Below the pieces are notes generated by a model that had not been told where the DNA came from, did no database searches, and saw only the letters and a list, made by a program, of their open reading frames with translations. 64,000 bases of DNA from Octopus vulgaris (Eukaryota), in contig OX597821.1 of NCBI GenBank assembly GCA_951406725.2, forward strand, positions 18,910,001 through 18,974,000. Direction: 5' to 3'. Below are positions 1 through 12,544 of this stretch, piece after piece. The position numbers and the translations under genes were made by a program. The stretch's first letter is position 1. Each line of letters begins with the position of its first letter.

Positions 1-149
1 AATTAGAATCATTTATAACTGCACTTTACGTGTCGGAATATGAACTCTACCGTAATATGATATCCAGATAGCCTTGCACATTCATGGAAAATAGATAAAT
101 GAGGTACAATTTCATTGGATAAAATGCATAGGCAAAATGAATACGCATG

Positions 150-620
150 TATATATTAAGTAATGTGTGGGGTTACAGGGACTTGTCAGGTGTAATTTGA
201 CGGCATTTTCTCGTGGATTTATCCAAAACTGTTGCGGAAGAATATGTGAACATGCGTTAGTCATTTATCAGAGTTCATGACCAAATCATAACGACAAACC
301 GGGATATTATTCCGCGAGGAATATCAAAGATCACACAGCTGAGATGCCAGTGGATATTACTTCCCCGCCATATATGTGGTGTGAGAGACCTAACCTATAA
401 GACAGACTTACAATCTGGTGGGAAAAATGTCTGCTTAAAGGTCATAGGAGTATAAACAATCATTTCCGGTAAAACCTAATCACAAATACAGTCTTCCCGG
501 ACATGTATTTACCCGCATATTGCCTAGGTATAGGCAAGTAATCCTCAAATTGTCCTGGGATGTCTTTGAAGTGTCAAAGAATTTTATGAAAAGGAATAAA
601 AATTTGAGTTTTGGGAATTG
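150..620 (-). pseudogene. Possible highly decayed LINE apurinic-endonuclease (APE) domain remnant
   Basis: Minus-strand frames with frameshifts give VFVIRFYR, MAG.NIHW (GDFN-like) and VLDKSTR (PTR-like) in the order expected for CR1/L2-type APE domains. Very degenerate, and boundaries are approximate. Confidence 0.25.
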
Positions 621-2417
621 TAATTTATATCCCTTTCATCGAGTTTTGAACGTATGATTGCTGACATATCATCGAAACCATTTCGGGCTCTAGAAGCACT
701 ATCGATCTCGAGATGACTCAATGATTTGAAGTTAATTCTTTCAAATTCTGGTTCCGGATTCCAGCTGCCTTACATGTAATGAGATATTTAGCGTTGTATT
801 GCCGTTGCTTCATGATCGCTCTATGGATGTGCCAGAATAGCAGGGAATTTGCTAGGATATATGACTCTATATGCATCAAAATACACGCATAATGTTATTA
901 TATAGCAAGACAAGTAATATACTTCTGTGAATTGATGTGGTTTTGAAGGATGTTCGAACGGCATGGCTTGGGAGGAGTGTCTTTAATTTGCAGAACTATG
1001 TGTGTGTTTTGTGCAATAGTTTTACATTTAAAGATAGTTTTTGGATGAATGATACATGATAAATATTTTAGACATCTCCAAATATTTCACAAAGTATGGA
1101 AAACAAGCTTGCTTCCTAAACTTAATAACAATGATATATATGATAGAGTCTTTCTCAGCGACCATAACCAACTAGAAGTTTGAATATTGCTGTCAACAGT
1201 TAGTCCTCTTATATTTATAGAATCAATGCTGGGCCTTCGTCTTTACAAACTATTTGCTTGACAGAGAAATAAAATATTCTTCAAAGAATATTAATAGCCC
1301 TATTTACAGTATTACTTTAAGAATGTCACAACGTGAACCTAGCAGAAAATTGCATTGATCTAATTAGGATCGTATAATAGAAAAACTTATATTTTATTAC
1401 ATTTAATGCTTCTAGGACAAACCACCATCGTAAAATTAATTTCCTCCGTACATTTTAATGAAGCGGGCTGCTTTGAGAGTCTTTTCTTTGGATATATTCT
1501 TAGGCATAGAATTCATACCTGATTTGAGAGGAAACTCCACAATTACGCCTGCTGTCGTGGCGTCGACTTGGATGCTGGGTTCGTTCTGATGTTCAAATGA
1601 GTTCATAAGACATGAAGCTTTATCGTATCTCCACAAACCCCCGAAAGTTTGATCACATTTTCGGATGAAGTCTTCTAAACATATACTGTCCATTTCTTAC
1701 ATAAAGCACAATCAGCTGCGTAGCCTATTTGATAACCAGCCCTGTTTGTCATTTCAACATGTCTATCGATGGAATTTAATATATCTGGCCATTTTCTACT
1801 GAAAGTACCATTAAGACGTTCAGAGAAACTTCATTCTCTGGTCCCGTGAGGTCGATAAATGCCTATCCGAAATTAGTTTGCCAAATTTAGGGAATCACAT
1901 CAGTGCTTTCTACGTATCACACGGACACACCGTCAAGTTTCATGCATAAAACAGTTTTTACTATGAAATTGTTTTGTAAAATAATCTGAACCCTCATCGA
2001 TTTCTTATAGAATATGACCTTGATCTTTATAAAATCAAGGTTAACAAATGCTTTGCTTAATGCAGACATTTCCTTTCCTTTTCATATTTTTATCGGTTAT
2101 TTTTTATTACTATCTCACTTTATTTCGTTGTATTAGCTCCTCTATTCTCATCTAATTCTCCCTATTTTTTTGCCGACAGTTCTTTTATCGGGTCTTTTAT
2201 TATCATCTCATTGTATTTTGTTTAAAACATTTATTGATTATACTGGTATCTTTTATTTGCTGAATTAAATATTCATGTGTGTATACAGATGTTGTGACAT
2301 TAATAATACTTCTTCTTTCTCACACCCTTTTGCCTATCAGTGGCCCCTGCGTCTTGCTTGGGGTCATTTTGAAAACACACTCAAAAAGAAAAACAAGCGC
2401 TTATAAGGCGTGTGTGT

Positions 2418-2491
<74 letters not shown>

Positions 2492-4059
2492 TGAGTTGTG
2501 ATCATTGGTTGAATGGATTTTACTTTCAAACATTTTCATTAAAATAGGTGTGGGTCATGGGGATAAAGAGCCGATTGACCTTCTGGAATCTATTGTTTAT
2601 TGCCGTATGACAGGCAAAACTTTAGAGACTCGATTAATATGACTCCTGGTTTATTAGTAACCATGACAAGTGAAATCAAGTGTGAAGACCAACAAAGTGA
2701 AGACACTTTAAATAGATATGTTATATAAAATGCAAACAAAAATTAAATTGTAGGTAGAAGTATATTTATAGAAACATGATAGGTAAATAAACATACCAAA
2801 ATAGAGCAAGGAAAGCTAACAAATGAAAATGTGGAGATTAAAATGTAGTAACAGGAAGCTGAGCGTCTTCTATGTAGGGATGATAAGAGAAGCATTAATG
2901 AAAAAAGTATTGAATTGACAAGAAGTGTGTAAAATATGAAACAGAGAGTGTGAAACGGAGGAAGGATGAAGAAGATGGAGGAGGTGAGAGTGGAGAGAAA
3001 CTACTGTGAAATTATCTTGAAGAGGCATTTGGCACATAATCCCCCTGTTGTAGAAATATCAGCCAAAACTTTTATAACATTCAGCGGTCTCAAACTGCAA
3101 AATATAATCATATATATAATAGAAGACGGTATGGCGCTACATACATACATACATACATACATACATACATACATACATACATACATACATGCATGTATAT
3201 ATACATGCACATACATATGTTTCATTAATACACGACTGTGTTCAAGTTTTATTTTTAATTTATATTTTTTATATCTTTTAGTAGATTTATTTAGAATTAA
3301 TTTTGAACAATACATTTTCTAAACACATATACGACGCTTCCAAAGTCTCATTATAGTCTCATTTTCAAGAAGTGAATTAGTTTGGCGTCTGTTGTGTTTC
3401 TTGTACCCCAGTTATATACCAGAATTCATGTAGACAATGATTACTAACCAAATTCTCGCAAAGACAAATTAACCACAGAGTGCTAACGATTCTGCCAGCT
3501 CGCCGCCTTTAACTGTCACAATATAGAAACATTTCTTTAAGGTCGACTTTGACTTTCATCCTTTCAGAGTTCATATTAATTTATGTTGCGTACAGGACTC
3601 GATCGAATCTACTGTTGTGTTGGAGAGGACCATGTTTTCTCTACAAGCTACAAAAACTTCATGTAAAACTTCATACAAAAATTAATGCAAATTTCAAACG
3701 GGATATCGTTGTGAAAAAAGCCCAGAATAATGGGTAATACTCCTTACAAAATGGGTGGGGGAGAAAAGTTGGCAACAGGTGCCTACACGAAATTCAACAC
3801 TATACTTTAAAGAGTGTCTTCTACTATAGTCTCGTGAGTGAATGTAGTTGACGGAAACTGAAAGATGCCGGTCATATATATATATATATATATATGTTGT
3901 CTGTGGAGACTTATTTTTGTAGTAAAAGAAATAGTAGTTTTTTGGCTGCTATTTCTAAAATTTTCGGTATGTAGTTTAAGCAACTTGTCGCAAAAAACCC
4001 TTATTATTATAATTATACACAAACACACACACACACACACATATATATATATTATATAC

Positions 4060-4118
<59 letters not shown>

Positions 4119-4209
4119 TATATACATATATAAATACATATGTACAGACACACACACACACACACACGCACACAGACACATACAGACACACACACACACA
4201 CACACATAT

Positions 4210-4395
4210 ATAGAGAGTTTACGAAAAAAACAAAAGACGAAAATAGGTGGTGTACAAAACAAACAGATGTAAAACGCTCAAGATATAGAAAAAGTCTTTT
4301 ACGTTTCGAGCCTGCGCTCTTCTACAGAAAGGGACACAGAAAAAACAAGGAGATAAAAAAATGTGTGTAGTGGCTAACAATCTCTCATGGCGATA
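4210..4395 (-). mobile_element. Penelope-like element 3' tail (pLTR fragment) with hammerhead-like motif
   Basis: Clearly similar to 37460-37670, which lies downstream of a GIY-YIG ORF. Minus strand 4296-4331 reads cttt CTGTAGA agagc gcag gctc GAAACGTA aaag. Confidence 0.7.
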
Positions 4396-4502
4396 TATAT
4401 GTATGTATATACTTTATGTATTTTCCGATGGCTGCAATGGCGCCGGTGTCAAAACAACTTAGAGCCATTGATAGGCGAGATAACTCACCTTCAATCCCAT
4501 TT

Positions 4503-4558
4503 GGGAGTATGGATATCGATGTTTCGCCATTTTTGTGGCTTATCAACACCACCTACCC
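4503..4558 (-). ncRNA. Hammerhead ribozyme-like fold, U3-A8 core variant
   Basis: Minus strand reads gtg TTGATAA gcca caaaaa tggc GAAA catcgatat C cat. Stems I and II pair, and stem III is near-palindromic with one mismatch. Confidence 0.55.
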
Positions 4559-4656
4559 GACTGGGTAGAAGGTGAGTCAGCTAGCCAGTCCAACGACTTA
4601 TATGCTTATGGCTGGTAAAATCATGGGCTGGTATGCCCAAAAATTCCATACCAAAG

Positions 4657-4693
<37 letters not shown>

Positions 4694-5157
4694 TTTATGT
4701 GTGTGTTTGTCTCCCCACCATCATTGTTTGACAACCGATGTTGTTGTGCTTGCGTGCCCATAACTTAGCTGTTCGGCAGAAAAGACTGATAGAATAAGCA
4801 CCAGGCTTACAAGGAATAAGTACAGGGGTCGATTTCGTCGCCTAAAGGGTGGTGCTCTAGTATGGCTACAGTCAAATGACTGAAACAAGTAAAAGAATAA
4901 AAGAATACCGGAAGAACGTTCTATACCACTATACCAAGAAGGTTCTTTGAATATGTACGATGTATTTTAAGGGTAAATAGTAATTCCGTTTATGTTTGTG
5001 TAACTGAGATATTTTGGCTGGATTTATCCGTTTTATACGTCTTCTGTATTCTGTAGCTGACACAATATAGAAACATTTCTCATGGCTCCAGCACACAATT
5101 TACAGATACTTATATCTTATCATATTTTCTGGGAATTTTTCACATGTTCAGCTAGAT

Positions 5158-5515
5158 CTTCTTCTTCTTCTTCTTCTTCTTCTTCTTCTTCTTCTTCTTC
5201 TTCTTCTTCTTCTTCTTCTTCTTCTTCTTCTTCTCCTCCTCCTCCTCCTCCTCCTCCCCTCCTTCCCTTCATCCTCCTCCTTCTTCTCCCCTCCCCTCCT
5301 CCTCCTCCTTCCCCTCTCTTCTTCCTCCCCCTCCTCCCCTTCATCCTTCTCCTCCTCCTCCTCCTCATCCCCCTCTTCTTCCTCCCCCTCCCCTCCTCCC
5401 CCTCTTCTTCCTCCCCCTACCCCTCCTCCCCTTCATCCTTCTCCTTCTCCTCCTCCTCCTCCTCCTTCTTCTTCTCCTTCTTCTTCTTCTTCTTCTTCTT
5501 CTTCTTCTTCTTCAT
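5158..5515. repeat. (CTT)n/(CCT)n polypyrimidine microsatellite at the 3' end of an R4/Dong copy
   Basis: Directly visible. Confidence 0.95.
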
Positions 5516-7460
5516 ACACTAGATTAGACTATTAGAAAAGAAAAGAACCCTTACATCGGGCTACAACAAGTTGCTTTAGATGTCGAGAACCCTACTAAGT
5601 ATCCCAGCTGTCACTAACAACACTGTTTTATGCAGCTGTACTAAACTGCGTTTTATGCCTATCTCCTCTATCCATCTGTTCAGATCTTTAGGGATAGTTC
5701 CTAATTACCCTATAACTACTGGTATACATTTTACCTGCACTTTCCACAGTCTCTGTAATTCAATAGCTAGGTCCTGGTACTTTGCTATATTTTCTATATT
5801 TCTCATATTAATTATTTTCATCATTCGGGGCTGTAAAATGAATTATCTGGTACTTTCTATTCTCTTTATCTAATGCTATCAAATCAGGCCATCTAGCTTC
5901 TATCACTCTATCAGTCTGAATGTTATAGACCCACAACATCTTGCACTTCTTACTTTCTAGTAATTTGCTATGTCCATGTTCATACCATTTATTAGTACGT
6001 TTAAATCCTAGCTTTCTACAAAGCTCCCAGTGGATTACTAATCCTAGATTGTCATGTCTTTTCTTGTATTCTCTCTGTGCCAGTATGCTTCATTTACTTA
6101 CTATATGAGTAACGCTTTCCTATTTTGATTTGCATAATCTGCATGGGAAATCTACTTGGTTTTCATCTATTTTGGCTTTTATCCAATTATTCCTTAATGC
6201 TTGATCTTGTGCAGCTACTAACAAACTTTCTGTCTCCCGCTTCAGCTTTCCTTTCAGCAAATATAACCATGTCTCACTACTACTATTTGCTACAACTATT
6301 TTTGGGAATATACCATGCAACGCCTTCTCTTGACAGTCAGATAATTTTTGTTCCTTTTTCTGATTCTTAAGTTCGTTTGGTGTTTTAGGTTCCCCATGTC
6401 TTGCTGTGACTCTAGCAGCTCTTAATAAACTTTATTCACAATTAACTACATAGGAGTCGATATTTACTCTAGCTAACTCTACGCAGTCTTCCACTGATAT
6501 TAACACTCTTCCACCTTCCTTTTCAGGTGGGTGTAATCTTGCTATTTCTGCCCTTACCTCTGCCAAATTCCACGCCTATATCTTTGTTGAAGTGTCTTAC
6601 AGTCTGTATTAAGGAATCTATTTCTTTTTCATTCCTACTAAAAACTTCAGATCATCCATGTAGAGCAAATGGTTAATTTTTCCATTACTGTTTCTGAACT
6701 GATACTCTGCCTTTGCTTTCCTTAATACTAAACTGAGAGGGATCAAACATAGAACAAATATGAAAGGGACAACGAGACCCCTGGAAAATTCCTCTTTTAA
6801 TGTTAACTTTCCTTAAGAGTGTGTCGCCTGAATATAGATCTATTTTCCATTCCTTCATGCTAAAATTAATTTATTCTCTTATATTGTCTGCTATACTGAA
6901 CATGCTCAAACATTCACTTATCCATGAGTGTGGCATCATGTCATAGGCTTTCTTATAATCTATCCATGCTATTGTTATATTTTTCTTTCTAGCTTTTACT
7001 TAATTTAGAACTGCTTTGTCAATATATAATAGATCATGCATTTCTCTAGCCTTCTTCCTGCAACCTTTCTGTTCTTCTGTTAGTAACGTTTGGTTGTCAA
7101 GGTGCTCATAAATGCTTTCTGAAAGCATTCCTGTTAACAGCTTCCACACTAATGGTGAGCAAGTGATAAGTCTATAGTAGCTAGCTGTATTACCCGTGCT
7201 CTTATCCTTCGTGAGTATTGTCCTGACTCTATTCATCCAATCTCGTATTATTTCTCCATTAAGGCAACCCTGAAGTTGTTCTCTCACTCTCCCTTGTAAA
7301 CCGCTGAATTTCTTTAGCCAGTAACCTTGAACTAAGTTTGGTCCTGGGCCCTTCCAATTCGACATTTTTCCTAACACTTTACTCGTTATTGCAGTAGTTA
7401 AACTTAGATCTAGCTTCTTCTCACTCACTACTTCTTCCCTCACTTTCTTTAACCTTTCAT
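5515..7460 (-). mobile_element. R4/Dong-clade non-LTR retrotransposon, 5'-truncated and decayed (RT plus CCHC/REL endonuclease)
   Basis: Broken frames contain NWKGPGPNLVQGYWLK, YRLITC, EEQKGCR, AWIDYKKAYD, HLLYMDDLK, LKRETESLLVAAQDQAL, CRLC and a C-terminal KTVLL..AGILSRVLDI*. Confidence 0.9.
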
Positions 7461-7497
7461 CATCAACCTCATCATCATCATCATCGTCATCATTTTT

Positions 7498-7575
<78 letters not shown>

Positions 7576-7579
7576 GTCG

Positions 7580-7641
<62 letters not shown>
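7460..7641. repeat. (CAT)n(TAT)n compound microsatellite
   Basis: Directly visible. Confidence 0.95.
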
Positions 7642-7970
7642 GAGCGAGAGAGCAGTTCATGCCATCAAAGTGACACTGGGGTAAAATATACGAAGCCCAG
7701 TATACCCATCATGACTTTCATTTGCGGTCCTGGACCACCGTCTGATAAGGGGACACCAGACACATGCATCACAGCCATATGTGCGTGACATTATGATCGC
7801 ATATCAAGACAAACAGCGTATTACATTTGGTTAGTTCATCCTTAAACAAATTCTAACTGGGCCCCACCTGCAGGTCATACGCTGTTTATCTTGATATGAG
7901 ATCATCATGTCATGCGCATATGGTTGTGATGCATGTGCCTGGTGTGCCCTTATCAATGGGTGGTCCAGGA
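7642..7970. repeat. Two inverted partial copies of an unclassified interspersed repeat (same family as 53595-53970)
   Basis: 7727-7821 is an imperfect reverse complement of 7877-7970. Both match gctgtttatcttgatatgagatcaccatg...gtgcctggtgtacccttat at 53815-53890. Confidence 0.85.
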
Positions 7971-10900
7971 CTGAATGGGGTCCAAGGTTGTTGGATGAAT
8001 AAGCTGAGAGGGCTCCATGAAAGGATAGCACAAGAGCTAGATGAGAGCTTGCAGGAAGGCGCAGTACCCAACCGGATGACAAAGGGTGAGATATCGTTAT
8101 GTGCCAAGGATCCTGAAAAGGGCAATGTTGTATCTAACTTTCGACCAATAACATGTCTTCCACTAATGCGGAAACTAATGCCAGGTTCTTTGGCCGGTGA
8201 ACTGTATAGATACTTCGAAATAAGTGGACCGCTACCAACTTGACACAAAGTGTGCCGAAAGAGAAGCCGGGGAACGAAGAATTAGCTCTTAATCGATAAT
8301 TTAATTATTAGAAACTACAAGAGAAGACACATAAACCTGAGCATAGCATGGGTTGACTATCGAAAAGCATATGATATTGTTACGAGGGGACCTCCGTCGA
8401 ACGAAAGCTGTTACGGAATCCCTCACACAGGCCCGTTCGATCAGCGAATAAGTTCGCCACGGAAACTCGGAGAGGAGAGAGACAGACAACAACAACAACA
8501 GCAGCCGCAGCAAGAAGAGACACAGAGACACAGCGGAAGGCAAGGCAGTTGGCTACGTTAACAACTAGTTTATATGATTATTAATTGTTACAACATCAAA
8601 TACATATCAGATACATTTAAAAGAGGACATGCAAGTAACAACTCAATACATCATACAGGTATACCACAGATCAAAGCATTTAAACATGCAGGTAACAACA
8701 GCATTTCAAGAGTACACGTCCGGAGACAACAGTTCTGCTTCAAAACACATTAAAGTTACAGTTCAAAGGACATTAAAGGCCTATACAGTTCAATATTCAT
8801 TACACAGTTCTCTCTTCAACAACTCTGTAACAATGTCTTTACACAGTTCACATTGCTCTTTTCACTGTCTCATTTCTTTTCAACAGTCTCTTTACATCGA
8901 TTCTTTTTCCTTCTTTTTCTTCACATATCAATACAAAATTCACATATCAATACACAATTCACGTTCCTACTAGAATAGCCAGTGTCTCATATTGCACCTC
9001 ATCTCTCTCAGTACTGCTAACTCCAACTTGCTAAACGCTTGCCTTGAATTCCAAATCCTCGCTCCTAAATCCAACCGCTCGCCTTGACGACCAAATACCG
9101 ACTGCCAAAACCCTCTTGCTCTGTCACTACCCTCAATCTCTCTCTTAGCTCTAATACTCTCTCTATCGCCGCTCAGATTCCTTAATCTGTCTTCCTCACT
9201 ACTTTCTTCTTCCTCTTCTTCACTGTCTCTCACACACTGAACTGCTTACTTAAGAGGGCAGCCCTCCAAATGAACCCTAATTCACCCGAAGTGGTCGGGG
9301 AGTTTCCCCAGAGCTAATTAATCAACCCGCATCCGGCAGAACAATGGATTCATTGCCAAATGTAGGTCACCGGCTCTGTCCTTAAGTTGAACTCACAACA
9401 ATATGATACCACACACCTAGATAATAAGAACAGTGGAAATATATGTAGCGGGAGAAAACATGAGAAGCCTTATATAGAACAGTATGAAATGCTAGAGAAC
9501 GGACTTGAGAGACTGCAAGGAATGAGTTATTAGGAGAGGTGAAAATCAGGAGAGGAATCTTGCAAGGGGTTCGTATGTCCCCATAGCGCTTTGATAACCT
9601 TGATAACCTTGAGTGAAATACTACAGAGAAACAAAGTTAGGGTATGACATTGGAAGAGGTAAGGGAAAACTGAACCACTTGCTATTCATGGAGGGCTTGA
9701 AGTTGTTCACAAAAAAGGGGGGGCAGACTGGACAGCCTGACAGCCGAGTCCAGTTTGTGCGGATTTTCTCCAGTGATATTAAGAGGAATGCTTGTCAGGA
9801 CAGAATGCATAGGTTTGCCAAGGCGTGAAATGATGAAGGCATTTCAACCTTAATCCAGCTATAAATATCTGGCAATACTTGAAGCAGATAGAATCGGGCA
9901 CAACGACATGAAGGAAAAGACAAAAAGAGCGTACTCGCGGCGAGTGAGAAAAACTTTAACTTCAAAGCTGAATGCCAGAAACATAATTTTGGCAATAAAC
10001 TCGCGCGCAGTCGCAGTAGTTCGGTACGGCGCTGGAATTTTGAAGTGGACAGAGGAGGAGCTAAATGATATGGACAGGAGGTCAAGTAAACTCCAAAGGA
10101 TGCATGGAGCCTATCATTCACGTGCAGACACTGATTGCCTATACACGAAGAGAGCAAATGGAAGAAGGGGACTGATAAGTATGGAATACTGTGTACGTAT
10201 CGAAGTCGAGAGCTTAATGAGATACCTAGCCCAAATTAAGGAACCCTTGCTAGTGTCATTTAGCAGCGAGCGAGTAATGAAAACAGAAAAAAAGGAAAAA
10301 CGAAGGAAGAATTACAAAAAGGACTCGAAGAAGAATTATGCAAGAATGGCCTACAGAATCAATTCCATGTAGCCACAACAGAATTTCCTGGAAAACATAT
10401 GTGGGATTGGCTGAAGAAAGGGACACTAAAAGAAGAGACGGAGAGCACTATACTGGCAGCACAAGACCAAGCTTTGGCTATGAATTGGAGGGTCAACTTG
10501 AAGAATGAGCAAGTGTCTCCATTGTGCCGCATCTGTAATAGAGTGGATGAAACCATTGCCAATATCACAAATGAATGCTCTAGGTTTACCCCAAACCATT
10601 ACATGTTGTGATGACATGATCAGGTAACGAAAGTGCTACATTGGAAATTTTGCGAAAAATAGGGGCTAGAGAGAGGCAAGAGGTGATATGAGTACAAGCC
10701 GCAGGGAGTGGTGTCAGAGATTAGCGAAATCCTCTGGGATTTCCCAATGCAAACAGATCAGGTGCAAGACCATAACAGAGCAGACCTGGTGGTGGTCGAC
10801 AAGATGTACTACATAGGTTGAATAGTTTATTTTGCATGTCAGTTTGGCCGACGAATAGTCAAGAAGGAATGCGAAAAATAAATAAATGCAACCCTCTTAA

Positions 10901-11165
10901 GTACGAAAGAGCCCGACTATGAAAAATGAAGAAGGTGAAGATAGTGCCAATTATTGTTAGGTCATTGGGAAAAGTATTAAAAGTCGACAAGAGGGATATC
11001 AAAAAAATTGGAATAGACTGACCACTAGAACCGTTAGAAAACGTTTTCCTCCAAGGAACGGCTAGAAGAATCAGGAAAGTATTAGATAGCTGAAAAGAAC
11101 AGATAGCATAGTACCGTAGGTTGCATGCAAGACGTCAGGAGTTCCAACAAAACATGTGATAAGAA
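7962..11165 (+). mobile_element. R4/Dong-clade non-LTR retrotransposon, decayed, interrupted by a solo LTR and ending in (AAT)n
   Basis: GPGLNGVQGCWMNKL, NFRPITCLP, AWVDYRKAYD|MIPHT, LNHLLFM, SKLNARNIILAIN, WDWLKKGTLKEETESTILAAQDQAL, CRIC, ILWDFPMQTD and a terminal RKVLDS*. Confidence 0.9.
8378..9400. mobile_element. Solo LTR (1023 bp), TGTT...AACA termini, 4-bp ATAT target-site duplication (Ty3/Gypsy-like)
   Basis: ATAT occurs at 8374-8377 and 9401-9404. Removing the insert and one ATAT restores the R4 RT motif KAYDMIPH in frame. Confidence 0.85.
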
Positions 11166-11180
11166 GAAATGATAATAATG

Positions 11181-11234
<54 letters not shown>

Positions 11235-11276
11235 GTAATAATAATAATAATAATAGTAATAAATATCATTATTATT

Positions 11277-11362
<86 letters not shown>

Positions 11363-11373
11363 TATTATTATTA
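11165..11373. repeat. (AAT)n followed by (GTT)n/(ATT)n microsatellites
   Basis: Directly visible. The (AAT)n forms the tail or target of the R4/Dong copy. Confidence 0.95.
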
Positions 11374-12502
11374 AGGTAATAGGAAAAATACTACCGATCA
11401 CTGACAAAAAACATTTTCAAAAATTATGCCAAAATTTGCAATTGAATCTTTAAAGTTTATATAGTTTTCAACGAAAGAATAGCAAAATGCAAGAATTAAA
11501 GTGTTTTAATGAACAAACTTGATTTACAGTTTGTCTTTGTTAAGATCATTGACTTTTAAACTTGTTTAAAATTTCTAAAGTATTTTTTGAGGGTTGTTCG
11601 ATAAATCTATTCAATCTCTCTATTTGGCACCTCATTATCGGAAAGAATCTGAAAAGAGGCAAAGTTTATACAAATTTCAAAAATGATAAGTAAAATCAGT
11701 AGCGAAAGAATAGCATTACATAAACCAGAAAGCATTACGATAAAAATAGTTTTTGTGTTAGTTGAAATTATTAAAAATGATTTAAAAAATACGAACGAAT
11801 TTATGTGACAAACTAGTATCATTTATAAATTATTATAACATTATCCCTTTTGCTACCATATTCCTGTTGAACCATACCGTATTTATGTGAATTAATTTTG
11901 AAAATAACAAAGAATTTACTAAAATATCTTGGTCATTATTAATCTTGTAAATGGAATGTAAATTAACGCGGAATGGAATTTTAAGGGGAAATTTTAATTT
12001 AGAATATTTTGCATCATAAAAGCAGGGGTAGTTTTGGGGGCTTGGTATCGAAAGGTTTAACATTAAACTACTGAAGACATTCCGCCATATTGCTAAACGC
12101 ATTTTCGGGCGAAGCATCCGATACCAATCCATGATGTTCGATTATATATAAAAACCACGAAAACGAAAATCGCTACATTGATACATGACAATTCTTGTAC
12201 ACCAGCATAACATTTTTTCCACATGTTTGTTATTTATTTGTCAAGATACTTTAGGCTTTCAACACGTTTATGTGTTTATATATGACTCTTGAATTTTCCA
12301 GCCAATTTGTTTGAGAGAACTGTGAGTTCATTTAACTAGTGAGCATAAATATAAACAGTCTCAACTATATTGATAAGAAATCGCTCGAGGTTCTAATACG
12401 TAAGGCACACCAAAGAAAACAAAAAGAAAAACATTCCAATCCACAAAGAACACCAAAGTGGAATAAATAGATGATGACGACGACGACGACAACGACGACG
12501 AC

Positions 12503-12544
<42 letters not shown>

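Larger units (their letters stand above)
3812..4905 (+). mobile_element. tRNA/CORE-type SINE split at its internal (TA)n tract by about 820 bp of later insertions
   Basis: The 5' part gtgtcttctactatag...gacggaaactgaaaga (3812-3875) and the 3' part ttgacaaccgatg...aatgactgaaacaagtaaaagaataa (4695-4905) match the two halves of the unsplit copies at 23650-24070 and 40945-41342. Confidence 0.75.

Noticed and set aside
1436-1693. 85-aa ORF as a host exon
   Set aside because: It has no recognisable motif or clear splice signals and lies next to probable LINE debris.
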